A stretch of 64,000 nt of DNA from assembly GCA_029856045.1 (NCBI GenBank), contig JAHQWG010000012.1, positions 128,001 through 192,000 on the forward strand, in the 5' to 3' direction. Of the stretch, positions 27,687 through 37,371 are shown piece after piece. A program made the position numbers and the translations under genes. The notes below the pieces were generated by a model. It did not search any database and was not told the DNA's origin. It saw nothing but the letters and a program-made list of their open reading frames with translations. Source of the stretch: Promethearchaeia archaeon. GTDB lineage: Archaea > Asgardarchaeota > Lokiarchaeia > Sigyniarchaeales > SOKP01. The first letter of the stretch is position 1, and every line of letters starts with the position of its first letter.

Positions 27687-30020
27687 ATGACTTTTAGTTT
27701 AGAGTTAGCAAAAGAAAAATTTAAGGACCTTTTTAAATATTCTTTAGACCTAATTTATGTTCATGATTTTAGAGGAAAATTTCTTGATGCAAATGAAATC
27801 ACGTTAGAAAAACTAGGTTATAAAAGGGAAGAAATTAACAATTTAAGTTTCAAGGATTTGATTAGTAAAGATCAATTAACAGTAGCATTTAAGGCATTAA
27901 CAGAAATTAGAGATTTTGGAAAGCAAATAACACCTAGAGAATATAGACTTAAAACGAAAAATGGAGATTTTATTTATGTCGAAACATATGGCATTCCGCT
28001 AAAAGAGGATGGAAAAATTTTTGGAATTTTTGGGATTGCTAGAGATATTACAGAACGGATGATAGCAGAACAAAAATTAAAAGAATCCGAAGAGAAATAT
28101 CGAAGACTTGTTAATAACATAACAGATATAATAATAGAGGAGGACCTCAATAGCAAAATTTTATATCTAAGTCCCAAAATTTTTGAGATTTTGGGTTATC
28201 AACCTCAAGAACTAATTGGATCAAAATTGTATAAATATATTCATCCCAAGGATTTTCCAATGGCTGTGGAAAGAGCAAAAGAATTAGTAAATACTGGGAA
28301 GATTGAAGCACTGCGTTATAGATTACGCCATAAAGATGGACATTATGTTGAAACATCTGCAAAAGGTACTATATATAAAATTAATGGAAAAAACAGATAT
28401 ATTGGTGTAATAAGGGACATCACCGAACAAATAAAAGCAACACAAAAACTAAAAGAATCAGTAGAAAAATATAGAGCAGTAGTCGAACAGGCAAATGACG
28501 GTATCGTGATAATTCAAAATGAGTTATTCAAATATGTAAATCCCAATATTTGTGAAATGTCGGGTTATACTCGTGAAGAGTTAATAGATAATTCATTTAA
28601 AATTATAGTGAATCCCGAAGTAGTTGATGAGGTAGCAGATAGACATACACGTAGAATGGTGGGAGAAGATGTTCTTAAAAAATACGACACTCTACTTATT
28701 AGTAAAGATGGAAAGAGAATTGACGTGTCAGTTAATGTAAGTATTATTATGTATAATGGAAAACCTGCAAATTTAACCATTTTTCATAATATCACTGAAC
28801 GCAAGAAAATGGAGGAGAGATTAAAAGAATCGGAAGAAAAATATCGAGATATACTTGATAATATTGAAGAAGGATATTTTGAACTTGATCTGAATGGTAA
28901 TTTTACTTTTGTAAATGAATATCATAGTAATTTCTTAGGTATTCCAAAAGATGAAATAATAGGAAAAAATTATGCAGATTTTGTAGATCAGAAATATAAA
29001 AAAATGTTATTTAAAATCTTCACTCAAGTTTATAGAGAAGAGGTTCCTAGTGCAACATTTGATGTTGAGGTTACTAGATATGACGGAGTGAAACGAGTAT
29101 ATGAAGGTACTTGTAATTTAAAATTAGATTCTAACGGTAAAAAAATTGGTTTTTACAGTCTAACCCGTGATATCACAGAAAGAAAAAAAATGGAGGCGTT
29201 AAGAGAAAAATTTACAGAGCAATTAAAAATTGAAGTAGGTATGAAAACCAAGGAATTGCAAGAGATAATATCCCAACAAAAATTGTACCTTGAACAAATC
29301 ATAAAAGCCTCACAGTTTAAGACAGAATTTATGGGTTCAATGTCTCATGAGTTAAGAACTCCTCTAAATGCAATTATTGGATTTACTGATTTACTTCTTG
29401 AGAGTTCTTATGGACCAGTAAATGAAGATCAATTCGATTTTCTTAAGGATATTAAATCTTCTGGAGAACACTTGTTATATATGATAGATCAGATTTTAAA
29501 TATTTCAAGAATTGAAGCGGGCGAATTAAATTTAAGATTCCAAGAAATTAACTTAAAAAGTCATATTGCTCAAATAAAGTCATCAATTCAGCCTATGTAT
29601 GAAAAGAAAAAATTAGAATTTGAAATTATTGGGTTAGATACGGATAAAAGTATTTATGCAGATCCAATAAGGTTAAAGGAAATATTTTATAACTTATTAA
29701 CTAATGCCATAAAATTCACTAATAAAGGAAAAATAACACTTAAAATTTTGGACAAAGAAGATCAGTGGGAATTTCAAGTGATTGATACAGGTATAGGGAT
29801 TATGAAGAAAAATTTTGATTTAATCTTTAAGGAATTTAAGAGGGTAGAATCTCCAGAGGTTATTGCTGTTTTGGGAAGTGGGTTAGGATTACCAATAACT
29901 AGAAAATTAGTATATATGCACGGAGGAACAATTTCTTTTACAAGCGAAATAGGTAAAGGTTCAACTTTTATTTTTACTATTCCAAGAAATATAGAGCAAA
30001 AAAATCAAGAATTAGAATAA
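27687..30020 (+). CDS. Cytoplasmic multi-PAS (4x) sensor histidine kinase
   Basis: Four PAS/PAC units ending DITE/NITE; SHELRTPLN H-box; NLLTNAIKF, DTGIG, GSGLGL, GKGSTF. Confidence 0.96.
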   Translation: MTFSLELAKEKFKDLFKYSLDLIYVHDFRGKFLDANEITLEKLGYKREEINNLSFKDLISKDQLTVAFKALTEIRDFGKQITPREYRLKTKNGDFIYVETYGIPLKEDGKIFGIFGIARDITERMIAEQKLKESEEKYRRLVNNITDIIIEEDLNSKILYLSPKIFEILGYQPQELIGSKLYKYIHPKDFPMAVERAKELVNTGKIEALRYRLRHKDGHYVETSAKGTIYKINGKNRYIGVIRDITEQIKATQKLKESVEKYRAVVEQANDGIVIIQNELFKYVNPNICEMSGYTREELIDNSFKIIVNPEVVDEVADRHTRRMVGEDVLKKYDTLLISKDGKRIDVSVNVSIIMYNGKPANLTIFHNITERKKMEERLKESEEKYRDILDNIEEGYFELDLNGNFTFVNEYHSNFLGIPKDEIIGKNYADFVDQKYKKMLFKIFTQVYREEVPSATFDVEVTRYDGVKRVYEGTCNLKLDSNGKKIGFYSLTRDITERKKMEALREKFTEQLKIEVGMKTKELQEIISQQKLYLEQIIKASQFKTEFMGSMSHELRTPLNAIIGFTDLLLESSYGPVNEDQFDFLKDIKSSGEHLLYMIDQILNISRIEAGELNLRFQEINLKSHIAQIKSSIQPMYEKKKLEFEIIGLDTDKSIYADPIRLKEIFYNLLTNAIKFTNKGKITLKILDKEDQWEFQVIDTGIGIMKKNFDLIFKEFKRVESPEVIAVLGSGLGLPITRKLVYMHGGTISFTSEIGKGSTFIFTIPRNIEQKNQELE

Positions 30021-30088
30021 TAATCCTTATATTCTAAATCGGTTTAGTTATAAAAAATAGTTTATATTAGACATAACAGAAACTAAAA

Positions 30089-31189
30089 TTAGATAATATT
30101 AACAATATCCTTGCATTTGGTTTCGCATATTTGCTTACCAATTTTTGCAATTCTAGATACTAACTCTGAAATTTTCCAATGTTCATAATCTTTAACATAA
30201 GTATTAAAGGTATCTTTTAATGGCTCTCTCCACTTTGATTTTATCATTTCTACACCAATTTGAGCTCCAACAATCGCTCCTACATTGCCACAATTACAAT
30301 CTGTGTCCAAACCAAGCATTGCTGCAATACAAATTGAATGTCCAAGGGGATCTTCTTTTGCATTAGCGCCATACAATAATGATAAAATTATAAAACCTGC
30401 ATTAGGTAATACATGAACTCCTGATAATATCTCGTGATTTAAGAATTCCCTCTTTCTTCTAACGTTAGCTTTTTGTACTAATTCTGCTCTTATTATATTC
30501 CAATATTCCATTAATTTCTCTCTTGCTTTTCGAAAATTATTCGTATTTTCATCATATAATTCAATTGCTTTAAAAATCATATCTGTATATCTACTTTCTT
30601 CTCTTAAGGGAAGTAATTTTATTGAATTATGAATATTTTTTCTAATATCTTTTTCAAAAAAAGCATTAGATATTAATGTCGCTACATATACTTCCCCATC
30701 AATACCAATTCCGGTATGTGAAATAGATCCATCAATTTCTGCGTAATATTTAGCCATCCTTGGACAACCAGGACATATTTGCCCCCAAATATCTGCTCTC
30801 ATTTGTGCTCCAATAGCATCATACCAAATATTTTTTGTAATTCCTGATTTGGGTGGATCGATTCCTTTTCTTAAATTTTTTAAAGCTACTCTCTCTGCGG
30901 TGAAATTTTGTTTATAGAGGCGATTCACCCATTCCTTTGTAATATCTTTTGAAGAAATATCAAGTCCATGTTTTTCTAACGCAATAAGAGCACATATTTC
31001 ATACATTTCATCATCATTGACATAATTGACATCAATTGGTTTTAAATAAGAGTCTATTGTTCCATATTTTTGCTTAATGAAATCATAAGGTTTAAACTCA
31101 ATTGGAGCACCAACATGGTCTCCCGCAACTCTACCAATCCAACTGCCTAAAACTCTATTATAATAATTTTCAAATTTTATTTGTTTCAA
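30089..31189 (-). CDS. ADP-ribosylglycohydrolase family protein
   Basis: G..GD..GAP.EF, NDDE, GAQMR, SH, DTDCN.G..GAIVGA. Confidence 0.9.
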   Translation of the reverse strand: MKQIKFENYYNRVLGSWIGRVAGDHVGAPIEFKPYDFIKQKYGTIDSYLKPIDVNYVNDDEMYEICALIALEKHGLDISSKDITKEWVNRLYKQNFTAERVALKNLRKGIDPPKSGITKNIWYDAIGAQMRADIWGQICPGCPRMAKYYAEIDGSISHTGIGIDGEVYVATLISNAFFEKDIRKNIHNSIKLLPLREESRYTDMIFKAIELYDENTNNFRKAREKLMEYWNIIRAELVQKANVRRKREFLNHEILSGVHVLPNAGFIILSLLYGANAKEDPLGHSICIAAMLGLDTDCNCGNVGAIVGAQIGVEMIKSKWREPLKDTFNTYVKDYEHWKISELVSRIAKIGKQICETKCKDIVNII

Positions 31190-31354
31190 ATTAATAATCT
31201 CGGAAATCTTTAGCTTTTACTAGTTCTTTGTTTTTTTATTTTATATAGATTTCGTGTAAAAATCGCTTTTGAAAAGATTATTATGACCAAGGATGAATTG
31301 TAAGTAAGAACTTATATAAAAAATAGATATAAATTTAGACTTAGCAGTAAAAAT

Positions 31355-32446
31355 TTAAATATTTGTGAGTTCTTTCTCATACTTTTGAACATCAAACAGA
31401 GAAATATCTTTATCAATTATTATTTCTTTTTTAACTCCGAGATAAGCACATGCAAGCTTGGTTGCTGCGACAATTTCTGCCTTTTTCAGAGTAGTAGAAT
31501 ATTCCTCATCTCCATATTGATTTGCTCTCTCTCTTTTCATTCCATATAGAAGAGATGCAATCTTATCAGCTACTTTGAAAGATAATTGATTTTTTACAAC
31601 GATTCGGGTAATATTATTTATATCAAAATAGTTTAGGTTTTCATGTTTCGCTCGAATATAACCTTTTAAATTATCTGAATTTCTTTCACATTCTATACCA
31701 GTCCAATCGAACAATGATAATTGCCTTCTGAAATATATCATCTCCCAATTAATTCCAAGCTCTTGAAGGAATTGATATAATAACTCGTCATCAAATTTTT
31801 TTGCCTCAATTATAATATAAAGCTGTATGCCGTAGTATTTATGAACTTCCTGTAAATAATATCCTCTCTGTTGCATGCTCGATAATAATTTTAATTTAAT
31901 TGATGAAATATTAGGGGAAAGATTCTTTTTTTGGCAACTTAAATATATAACGTTTCCTTCCTCATTTATATACTCTCTATTTAAAAAGCCAATAATACTT
32001 TCACGATTTTCTTGAATAAATTCCATTAATCCGTTCAATGTAGGATGAACATTATTAATAGTCAAATCAGATTCTTCAATTGATACATAATCATCTTTTT
32101 CCCCGCCAACTGATATTCTTATCTTATTTAGATCTAGATCTTTTTCGTCCCCAAATACTTTTTTAATTGAATCATTAATAGGAAAGATTTCTTCCACCAA
32201 AATCTTAACATCTGCCATAGATATTTCATATGGCTCCGGACTTCCCATAAATTTATTTACAATTGGCGCTTCCGATGCTTCAATTTGTAGATCATAATTA
32301 TTTGAGAGATCAATTCTTATAATTAATTTCGCATTTTCTGGTCTACTAATCACAGTAACTGAAGTTCGATCATCTACTACAGCTCTAAACTTTTCTCCCT
32401 CTTTAGATTCTGTTCTCCGCTCACTATTCCTTCTCATTCTTCTCAA
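31355..32446 (-). CDS. Hypothetical protein
   Basis: 363-aa ORF with normal composition; no family recognised. Confidence 0.65.
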   Translation of the reverse strand: MRRMRRNSERRTESKEGEKFRAVVDDRTSVTVISRPENAKLIIRIDLSNNYDLQIEASEAPIVNKFMGSPEPYEISMADVKILVEEIFPINDSIKKVFGDEKDLDLNKIRISVGGEKDDYVSIEESDLTINNVHPTLNGLMEFIQENRESIIGFLNREYINEEGNVIYLSCQKKNLSPNISSIKLKLLSSMQQRGYYLQEVHKYYGIQLYIIIEAKKFDDELLYQFLQELGINWEMIYFRRQLSLFDWTGIECERNSDNLKGYIRAKHENLNYFDINNITRIVVKNQLSFKVADKIASLLYGMKRERANQYGDEEYSTTLKKAEIVAATKLACAYLGVKKEIIIDKDISLFDVQKYEKELTNI

Positions 32447-32595
32447 ATAAAGAACAACCTTTTAGAAAATATTTATATAAAGAAATTATCTCTCTTAATA
32501 AAGAATAATAATTTTAACATAAATTCTTATTGATCTTTTTTTTGATAATATTGTAAAAATATTTAGAATCTAAAAAGATTCCAAAAAAAAAAATT

Positions 32596-32790
32596 CTATT
32601 TTTTTTCTTCCATCTCTAATTCCTCTTTCAGAAAATATTTATCCCCTTTCTTTGTATATATAATTATGTTACCCCAATTATTACGGAGGGTATAATTATC
32701 TCCATCAACAGAAATAAGTTCTATTGAGTATGGAAGATTTTTCGTACTCCTTATTTCTACTAAAATTGCTTTCTCTTGTTCCTCATCCAT
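32596..32790 (-). CDS. Small hypothetical protein
   Basis: 64-aa ORF with ATG start and protein-like composition. Confidence 0.6.
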   Translation of the reverse strand: MDEEQEKAILVEIRSTKNLPYSIELISVDGDNYTLRNNWGNIIIYTKKGDKYFLKEELEMEEKK

Positions 32791-33060
32791 AAGAGTGAAA
32801 ATAATTGATTGTAAAAAAATTTTTTGATTAAATTTGGTTAAAAAAGTAAAAAAAAAACAGAGACTAAAAAAAATTCAATTACAAAAACCAATAATAAATC
32901 TATTTCCATTAAGACTGCGGAATATTTATTAAAAACTATCAATTTTTTTAATAAAAATACATAAAACAAGGATTTATATAAATCAATAGCTAAATAAATA
33001 TATATCACACTATTAATAATTTTAAAACTAATTATAGGAAAGAATAGAGTTCAAGTTTAG

Positions 33061-34308
33061 ATGCCTAAAAACGTTCTTGATATCGGATTTTTCAGTATGA
33101 TGTATTCTCAAGTAAGTGGGATTGCAAAAGCTGTCAGAAGTTTAGCCGAAGCTATAGCAAGAACAGGGCACAGAGTCCATGTTTTTTCTCCCAAAATTCA
33201 AAATGGGGAACCTAAACCAAAAAATCTATTTATTCATAGTATTGGTGGGTTTAGGGTAGGAACAAATCCAGAAATAATATTTTCACTCCCAATTCACAAT
33301 TATTTTTTTCCTGAGCATGAATTTTTAAACATAAGCCATATTATGACTCCTGTAACTATTGGAGTGATGGGACTTAATTGGTCAAAATATTTAGGTATCC
33401 CACTGGTTGGAACTCATCATTCTCCACTTTCATATTATTCAGATACATATATTCCTATAGCAGGGAAGATAATGAGTAAGACTGGTTTTTTATGGGCATG
33501 GGAGAGACATATTTGGCAAAAATTTGATTTGGTTTCTGTTCCAACTCCCTCAAAAAAGGAGTTATTACTTGAACACAGATTTTTTAAAAATCCAATTATA
33601 AGCTTAACGAATGGCATTGATGATTTCTACTTCCAAAAAGTTAATGGGAATGGTATTAGAGAAAAGTATAATCTCGGTGATAAAAAAGTTTTAGTTTATG
33701 CATCTCGTCAATCTCCTGAAAAAAACATTGAAAAAGTAGTAAAGGCATTTAAAAGAATACATAAAGAAATCCCTGATTCTCATTTATTATTAGTCGGAAC
33801 AGGACCTGCTATGCAATCAATTAAACGTAGAATTAATTGGTACAAATTACAAAAGCATATAACACAAACAGGATACGTATCGGACATGGAATTACTAAAT
33901 ATTTATAAGACAGCTGATGTATCATGTCTATACAGTTGGGTTGAAGCGGAGGGTTTAGTTTTATTAGAATCAATGGCTCAAGGTACTCCTTCAGTAGGTG
34001 CAAATGGATGCGGTATTAAAGACGTGATAAGACATAAAAAAACAGGATTTCTCGTTAATAATTTGAAGGAATTTGAGAACAGAGTTATTCAATTATTTAA
34101 AGATGATGATTTAAGAGCAGAGTTAAGTAAAAATTGTAAAAAATATGCAGATATGCATAGGATAGATGAAGTGGCAAAAATATGGATTGAAATTTACAAA
34201 TTTACCATAAATGAATTATATCCTTTACGGTATTATAAAAGATCTAAAGAAGAAAGATTTCAGAAAGTCTTTGAATTTTCACAAAAAATCCCAGGTATTT
34301 CTTTTTAA
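33061..34308 (+). CDS. GT4 family glycosyltransferase
   Basis: SGIA, THH, NGID, R...EKN, E.EGLVLLESMAQGTP. Confidence 0.92.
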   Translation: MPKNVLDIGFFSMMYSQVSGIAKAVRSLAEAIARTGHRVHVFSPKIQNGEPKPKNLFIHSIGGFRVGTNPEIIFSLPIHNYFFPEHEFLNISHIMTPVTIGVMGLNWSKYLGIPLVGTHHSPLSYYSDTYIPIAGKIMSKTGFLWAWERHIWQKFDLVSVPTPSKKELLLEHRFFKNPIISLTNGIDDFYFQKVNGNGIREKYNLGDKKVLVYASRQSPEKNIEKVVKAFKRIHKEIPDSHLLLVGTGPAMQSIKRRINWYKLQKHITQTGYVSDMELLNIYKTADVSCLYSWVEAEGLVLLESMAQGTPSVGANGCGIKDVIRHKKTGFLVNNLKEFENRVIQLFKDDDLRAELSKNCKKYADMHRIDEVAKIWIEIYKFTINELYPLRYYKRSKEERFQKVFEFSQKIPGISF

Positions 34309-34313
34309 AATCT

Positions 34314-34619
34314 TTATTTAATATCTTTATATGATATTTGCTCTTCCTTGCTTTTTTCTAAAAATTTTGCAATTTCATTTTCAAAAATATAAAATTTCTC
34401 ATTCTTAAATGAGATAAAAGGAAAAGGTACCATTATTAATCCTTTCTCTAATTTAGGTAATTTCGAGATAATGCTTTTATTATCAGTCAATTTCACAATA
34501 TATGAGATAATTTTCCCTGTTTCTTTTGATACTACGAGGTCATCTAATTTACCGATTTTGGCTCCTTGCTGATTGAATATTATACTTCCACCCAAATGTT
34601 TTGATAATAAAATAGTCAT
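34314..34619 (-). CDS. PRC-barrel domain protein
   Basis: 'LGGSIIFNQQGAKIGKLDDLVVSKETGKI...VPF' PRC-barrel pattern. Confidence 0.85.
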   Translation of the reverse strand: MTILLSKHLGGSIIFNQQGAKIGKLDDLVVSKETGKIISYIVKLTDNKSIISKLPKLEKGLIMVPFPFISFKNEKFYIFENEIAKFLEKSKEEQISYKDIK

Positions 34620-34767
34620 AATTAGAAAATATTAAATTTTATAATCTTAAAATTATTTAGGATTTTTTCTACATTATTTAAAAAAACAAAAAGAATTTGT
34701 ATTTTAGTATTCCTTTAATTCTTAATGTAATAGTTTTTAATAATTTTAAAAATATAAATAGAAGATA

Positions 34768-35832
34768 ATGCCTGAAAATAAGGAAAATATTAACAAGAAA
34801 GAAGAGAAAAATTCTGATACGAAAATAAATCTTGAGGAACAGAAAGAAAAGAACCTCGATGATAATAATGTTATTGAGGAAGAAATATCTGAACCAAGTT
34901 TCATGCCCACATTTCAAGTTAAAGCAAAATATTTTCCAATCCCAATTATTGTGGTTGTAATCTTATCCGGAATTTTGGCTTATCTTAGCTATGTAATAGC
35001 TGGAATTCAACTCGAAGGGGTAATCTTTCCTGAATCTGAATATGGAGGTATAGGTGCGTTATTAAATGGGCTAATATTTATTAGTTATGCAGCTATTACA
35101 AGTTTTATTATAATATATGTTATTAAGAAAAAAGGAATTAATGCTTTAAAATACATATTTGCTTTCTCTTTTGCATTTTTATGCTTTTTTCTATTGATTC
35201 TCTATGGGGATATAATTTTATGGCTAATAACTAGGGACATATTTGAAAATGAACTTTATATAATTGTCTCAAATATAATGTATGTATGTATAGGTGCCTT
35301 TACAATTCTTATAACATATAAATATGTAAAAGGAAATTCCTTTATAATTAAAAATTTCTTTGTTCTACTTATTGGCTTATTGATTGGGGCTTTTTTAGGA
35401 ATGGTAATTCCACCAATTACCACTATAATTATTTTAATCCTAATTTCAATTTGGGATATTTACGCTGTTAAATCGAAACGAGGACCAATTAAAAAAATGT
35501 TTGATATTTTTTTTGAAAATTCTCCAAAAAAAGAAAAAATTAAAAAATTAGAAGAAAAAGTAGAAGATGGAGATTACGAGGTTGAATATGATATATCTTC
35601 TTTAGAAATTGGTATTGGAGATTTAGCTTTTTACAGTATGCTAACCTCTCATGCAATAATTTTTACAAATAATGTTATAATTTTAATCGCAACAGCATGT
35701 GCTGTAATATTAGGTACCGGAATTACAATCTTGGGATTAAAGAAAAATAAGATTTTACCCGGATTACCCATCTCTATATTTCTAGGATTAGGGACAATGT
35801 TATTAACCAACTTGATTTTTTCAATTTTATAA
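34768..35832 (+). CDS. Presenilin-like GxGD intramembrane aspartyl protease
   Basis: ISIWDIYAV...GPI, IGIGDLAFYSML, LPGLPISI; 9 TM segments. Confidence 0.9.
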   Translation: MPENKENINKKEEKNSDTKINLEEQKEKNLDDNNVIEEEISEPSFMPTFQVKAKYFPIPIIVVVILSGILAYLSYVIAGIQLEGVIFPESEYGGIGALLNGLIFISYAAITSFIIIYVIKKKGINALKYIFAFSFAFLCFFLLILYGDIILWLITRDIFENELYIIVSNIMYVCIGAFTILITYKYVKGNSFIIKNFFVLLIGLLIGAFLGMVIPPITTIIILILISIWDIYAVKSKRGPIKKMFDIFFENSPKKEKIKKLEEKVEDGDYEVEYDISSLEIGIGDLAFYSMLTSHAIIFTNNVIILIATACAVILGTGITILGLKKNKILPGLPISIFLGLGTMLLTNLIFSIL

Positions 35833-35852
35833 AAAGATCATTTATTTATGGA

Positions 35853-36776
35853 GTGTTTATTATGGGAAATATAAATTCAAATCAAGAAATAATAGAAAAT
35901 TCTAAAATTTTAATAAATGTGGGAGATTGCACCAAGTGTAAAGCTTGTGTTAACGATTGTGTTCCCAGACTATTTTATTTCAAAGATGATAGGCTTCAAA
36001 TAGCGAATAATTTCGAAGAAGATTGTATTGAATGCGGTCATTGCGTAGCTATCTGCCCTGTTAATGTGATTCAATTAAAAACTCGTCCTTTAGATGGAGT
36101 GAAAGATCTTCCAGCAAAAGAAAAGGGAATAACTTACGATTCTTTATATAATCTTGTTCAAACTCGAAGGTCAATCCGACAATTCAAAGAAAAGCCAGTT
36201 CCAAAAGAAACTATTGAAAAGATTTTAGAATTATCAAGACATTCTCCTACCGGTTCTAATACTGAAAATGTTCATTATACGGTCGTGAAAAATCCAGAAT
36301 TACTTATAAAATTTTCAGAAGCTTTAACAAAAAATGTTTCTGAATTTATAAAAAAATATGAAGATCCTGAAGGGTTTATTTCGCTGAAAGCGTTATTAGG
36401 AGAAAAGATGTTGAGAATCGTAGGGGAACAACTTGATTCTTTTAAAAGGATATTACTAGGAATTAAGGTTGGAATAGAATTTTGGCATTGGAATACAGAA
36501 ATTATTATTATTCATGCTCCTAAAGAAACGACATCCACTTTAGTAGAAGATTGCTCGTTAGCTGCTTGTCATATAATGTTGGCTGCAGAAACTTTGGGTT
36601 TAGCAACTTGCTCTTTAGGATATGCGACCTCTCTCTTAAATCAATTCAGTTCTGTTTCTGAATTAGTTAAAATCCCGAAAGGACATGTTGTAGGATATAC
36701 ATTATCAATAGGGTATTCAAATGTTAAATATCATAGAATTCCAGCTCGGAAACCAGTAAGAGTTAAATGGCTTTAA
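35853..36776 (+). CDS. Nitroreductase with N-terminal 2x[4Fe-4S] domain
   Basis: CTKCKACVNDC, CIECGHCVAICP, RRSIRQF, SPTGSN. Confidence 0.93.
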   Translation: MFIMGNINSNQEIIENSKILINVGDCTKCKACVNDCVPRLFYFKDDRLQIANNFEEDCIECGHCVAICPVNVIQLKTRPLDGVKDLPAKEKGITYDSLYNLVQTRRSIRQFKEKPVPKETIEKILELSRHSPTGSNTENVHYTVVKNPELLIKFSEALTKNVSEFIKKYEDPEGFISLKALLGEKMLRIVGEQLDSFKRILLGIKVGIEFWHWNTEIIIIHAPKETTSTLVEDCSLAACHIMLAAETLGLATCSLGYATSLLNQFSSVSELVKIPKGHVVGYTLSIGYSNVKYHRIPARKPVRVKWL

Positions 36777-36887
36777 AACTTATCGATAATTATTATTTTA
36801 AGCAAAGAATAAGAATTAGTTTTCACACCAAATAATTTATTAAGAGAAATGGTGAAATAGGTTTTATTAAAAAAAAAGAAGATAAAT

Positions 36888-36950
36888 ATCTGTAAATGGT
36901 GTCAAGAACACGGCACCGGTAAAAAATGATATCTTAATGCTAAAAATTGC
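36888..36950 (+). pseudogene. Remnant of a 'MCxxCxxHGxGKKWYLNAKN'-type 4Fe-4S protein N-terminus
   Basis: ATC TGT AAA TGG TGT CAA GAA CAC GGC ACC GGT AAA AAA TGA TAT CTT AAT GCT AAA AAT = ICKWCQEHGTGKK*YLNAKN; the rest of the gene is absent. Confidence 0.6.
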
Positions 36951-36976
36951 TATAATTTAAAAAATTCGAGATTAAA

Positions 36977-37369
36977 ATGAGTATAATAAATCAGCCTAAG
37001 GATATTTTAGGTTTAGCATTAAAAAATTTACTTACACCAATGCTAAATGAGGAAAAAATTTTAAAGAAAATTAAGAATTGGCATCGAATAATCGTAGTTG
37101 AACTAATTGGATTATATGAAATAACCCTTATTTTTAATAATTCAGAAATTACTATTGAATATGGAGAGAAACCAAAATATGATTTAAAAATAAGAATGAC
37201 ACTTGATGCTTTAATAGCTATAACCGAGGGGAGAATGGGGTTAATCTCTGCTTTTTTAAGAAGAAAATTAAAAGTAAAAAAAATTTACCGCATTTTTACA
37301 ATAAATAAATTTCAAAGTATTTTAGTTAAAGCATTACATTTGGCAAATAAAACTTATGTGGAGGCTTAA
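36977..37369 (+). CDS. SCP2 (sterol-carrier-like) lipid-binding domain protein
   Basis: 'YDLKIRMTLDALIAITEGRMGLISAFLRRKLKVK' SCP2 pattern. Confidence 0.8.
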   Translation: MSIINQPKDILGLALKNLLTPMLNEEKILKKIKNWHRIIVVELIGLYEITLIFNNSEITIEYGEKPKYDLKIRMTLDALIAITEGRMGLISAFLRRKLKVKKIYRIFTINKFQSILVKALHLANKTYVEA

Positions 37370-37371
37370 AT

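Noticed and set aside
31709-31723. QLSLF clamp-binding-like motif in a hypothetical protein
   Set aside because: Internal position, bacterial-type motif and no other replication or repair features; probably chance.
36927-36929. In-frame TGA as selenocysteine or Trp recoding
   Set aside because: The position appears to correspond to Trp rather than Cys, the frame ends shortly after, no SECIS-like element was seen, and TGA is a normal stop elsewhere (for example 2127-2129).
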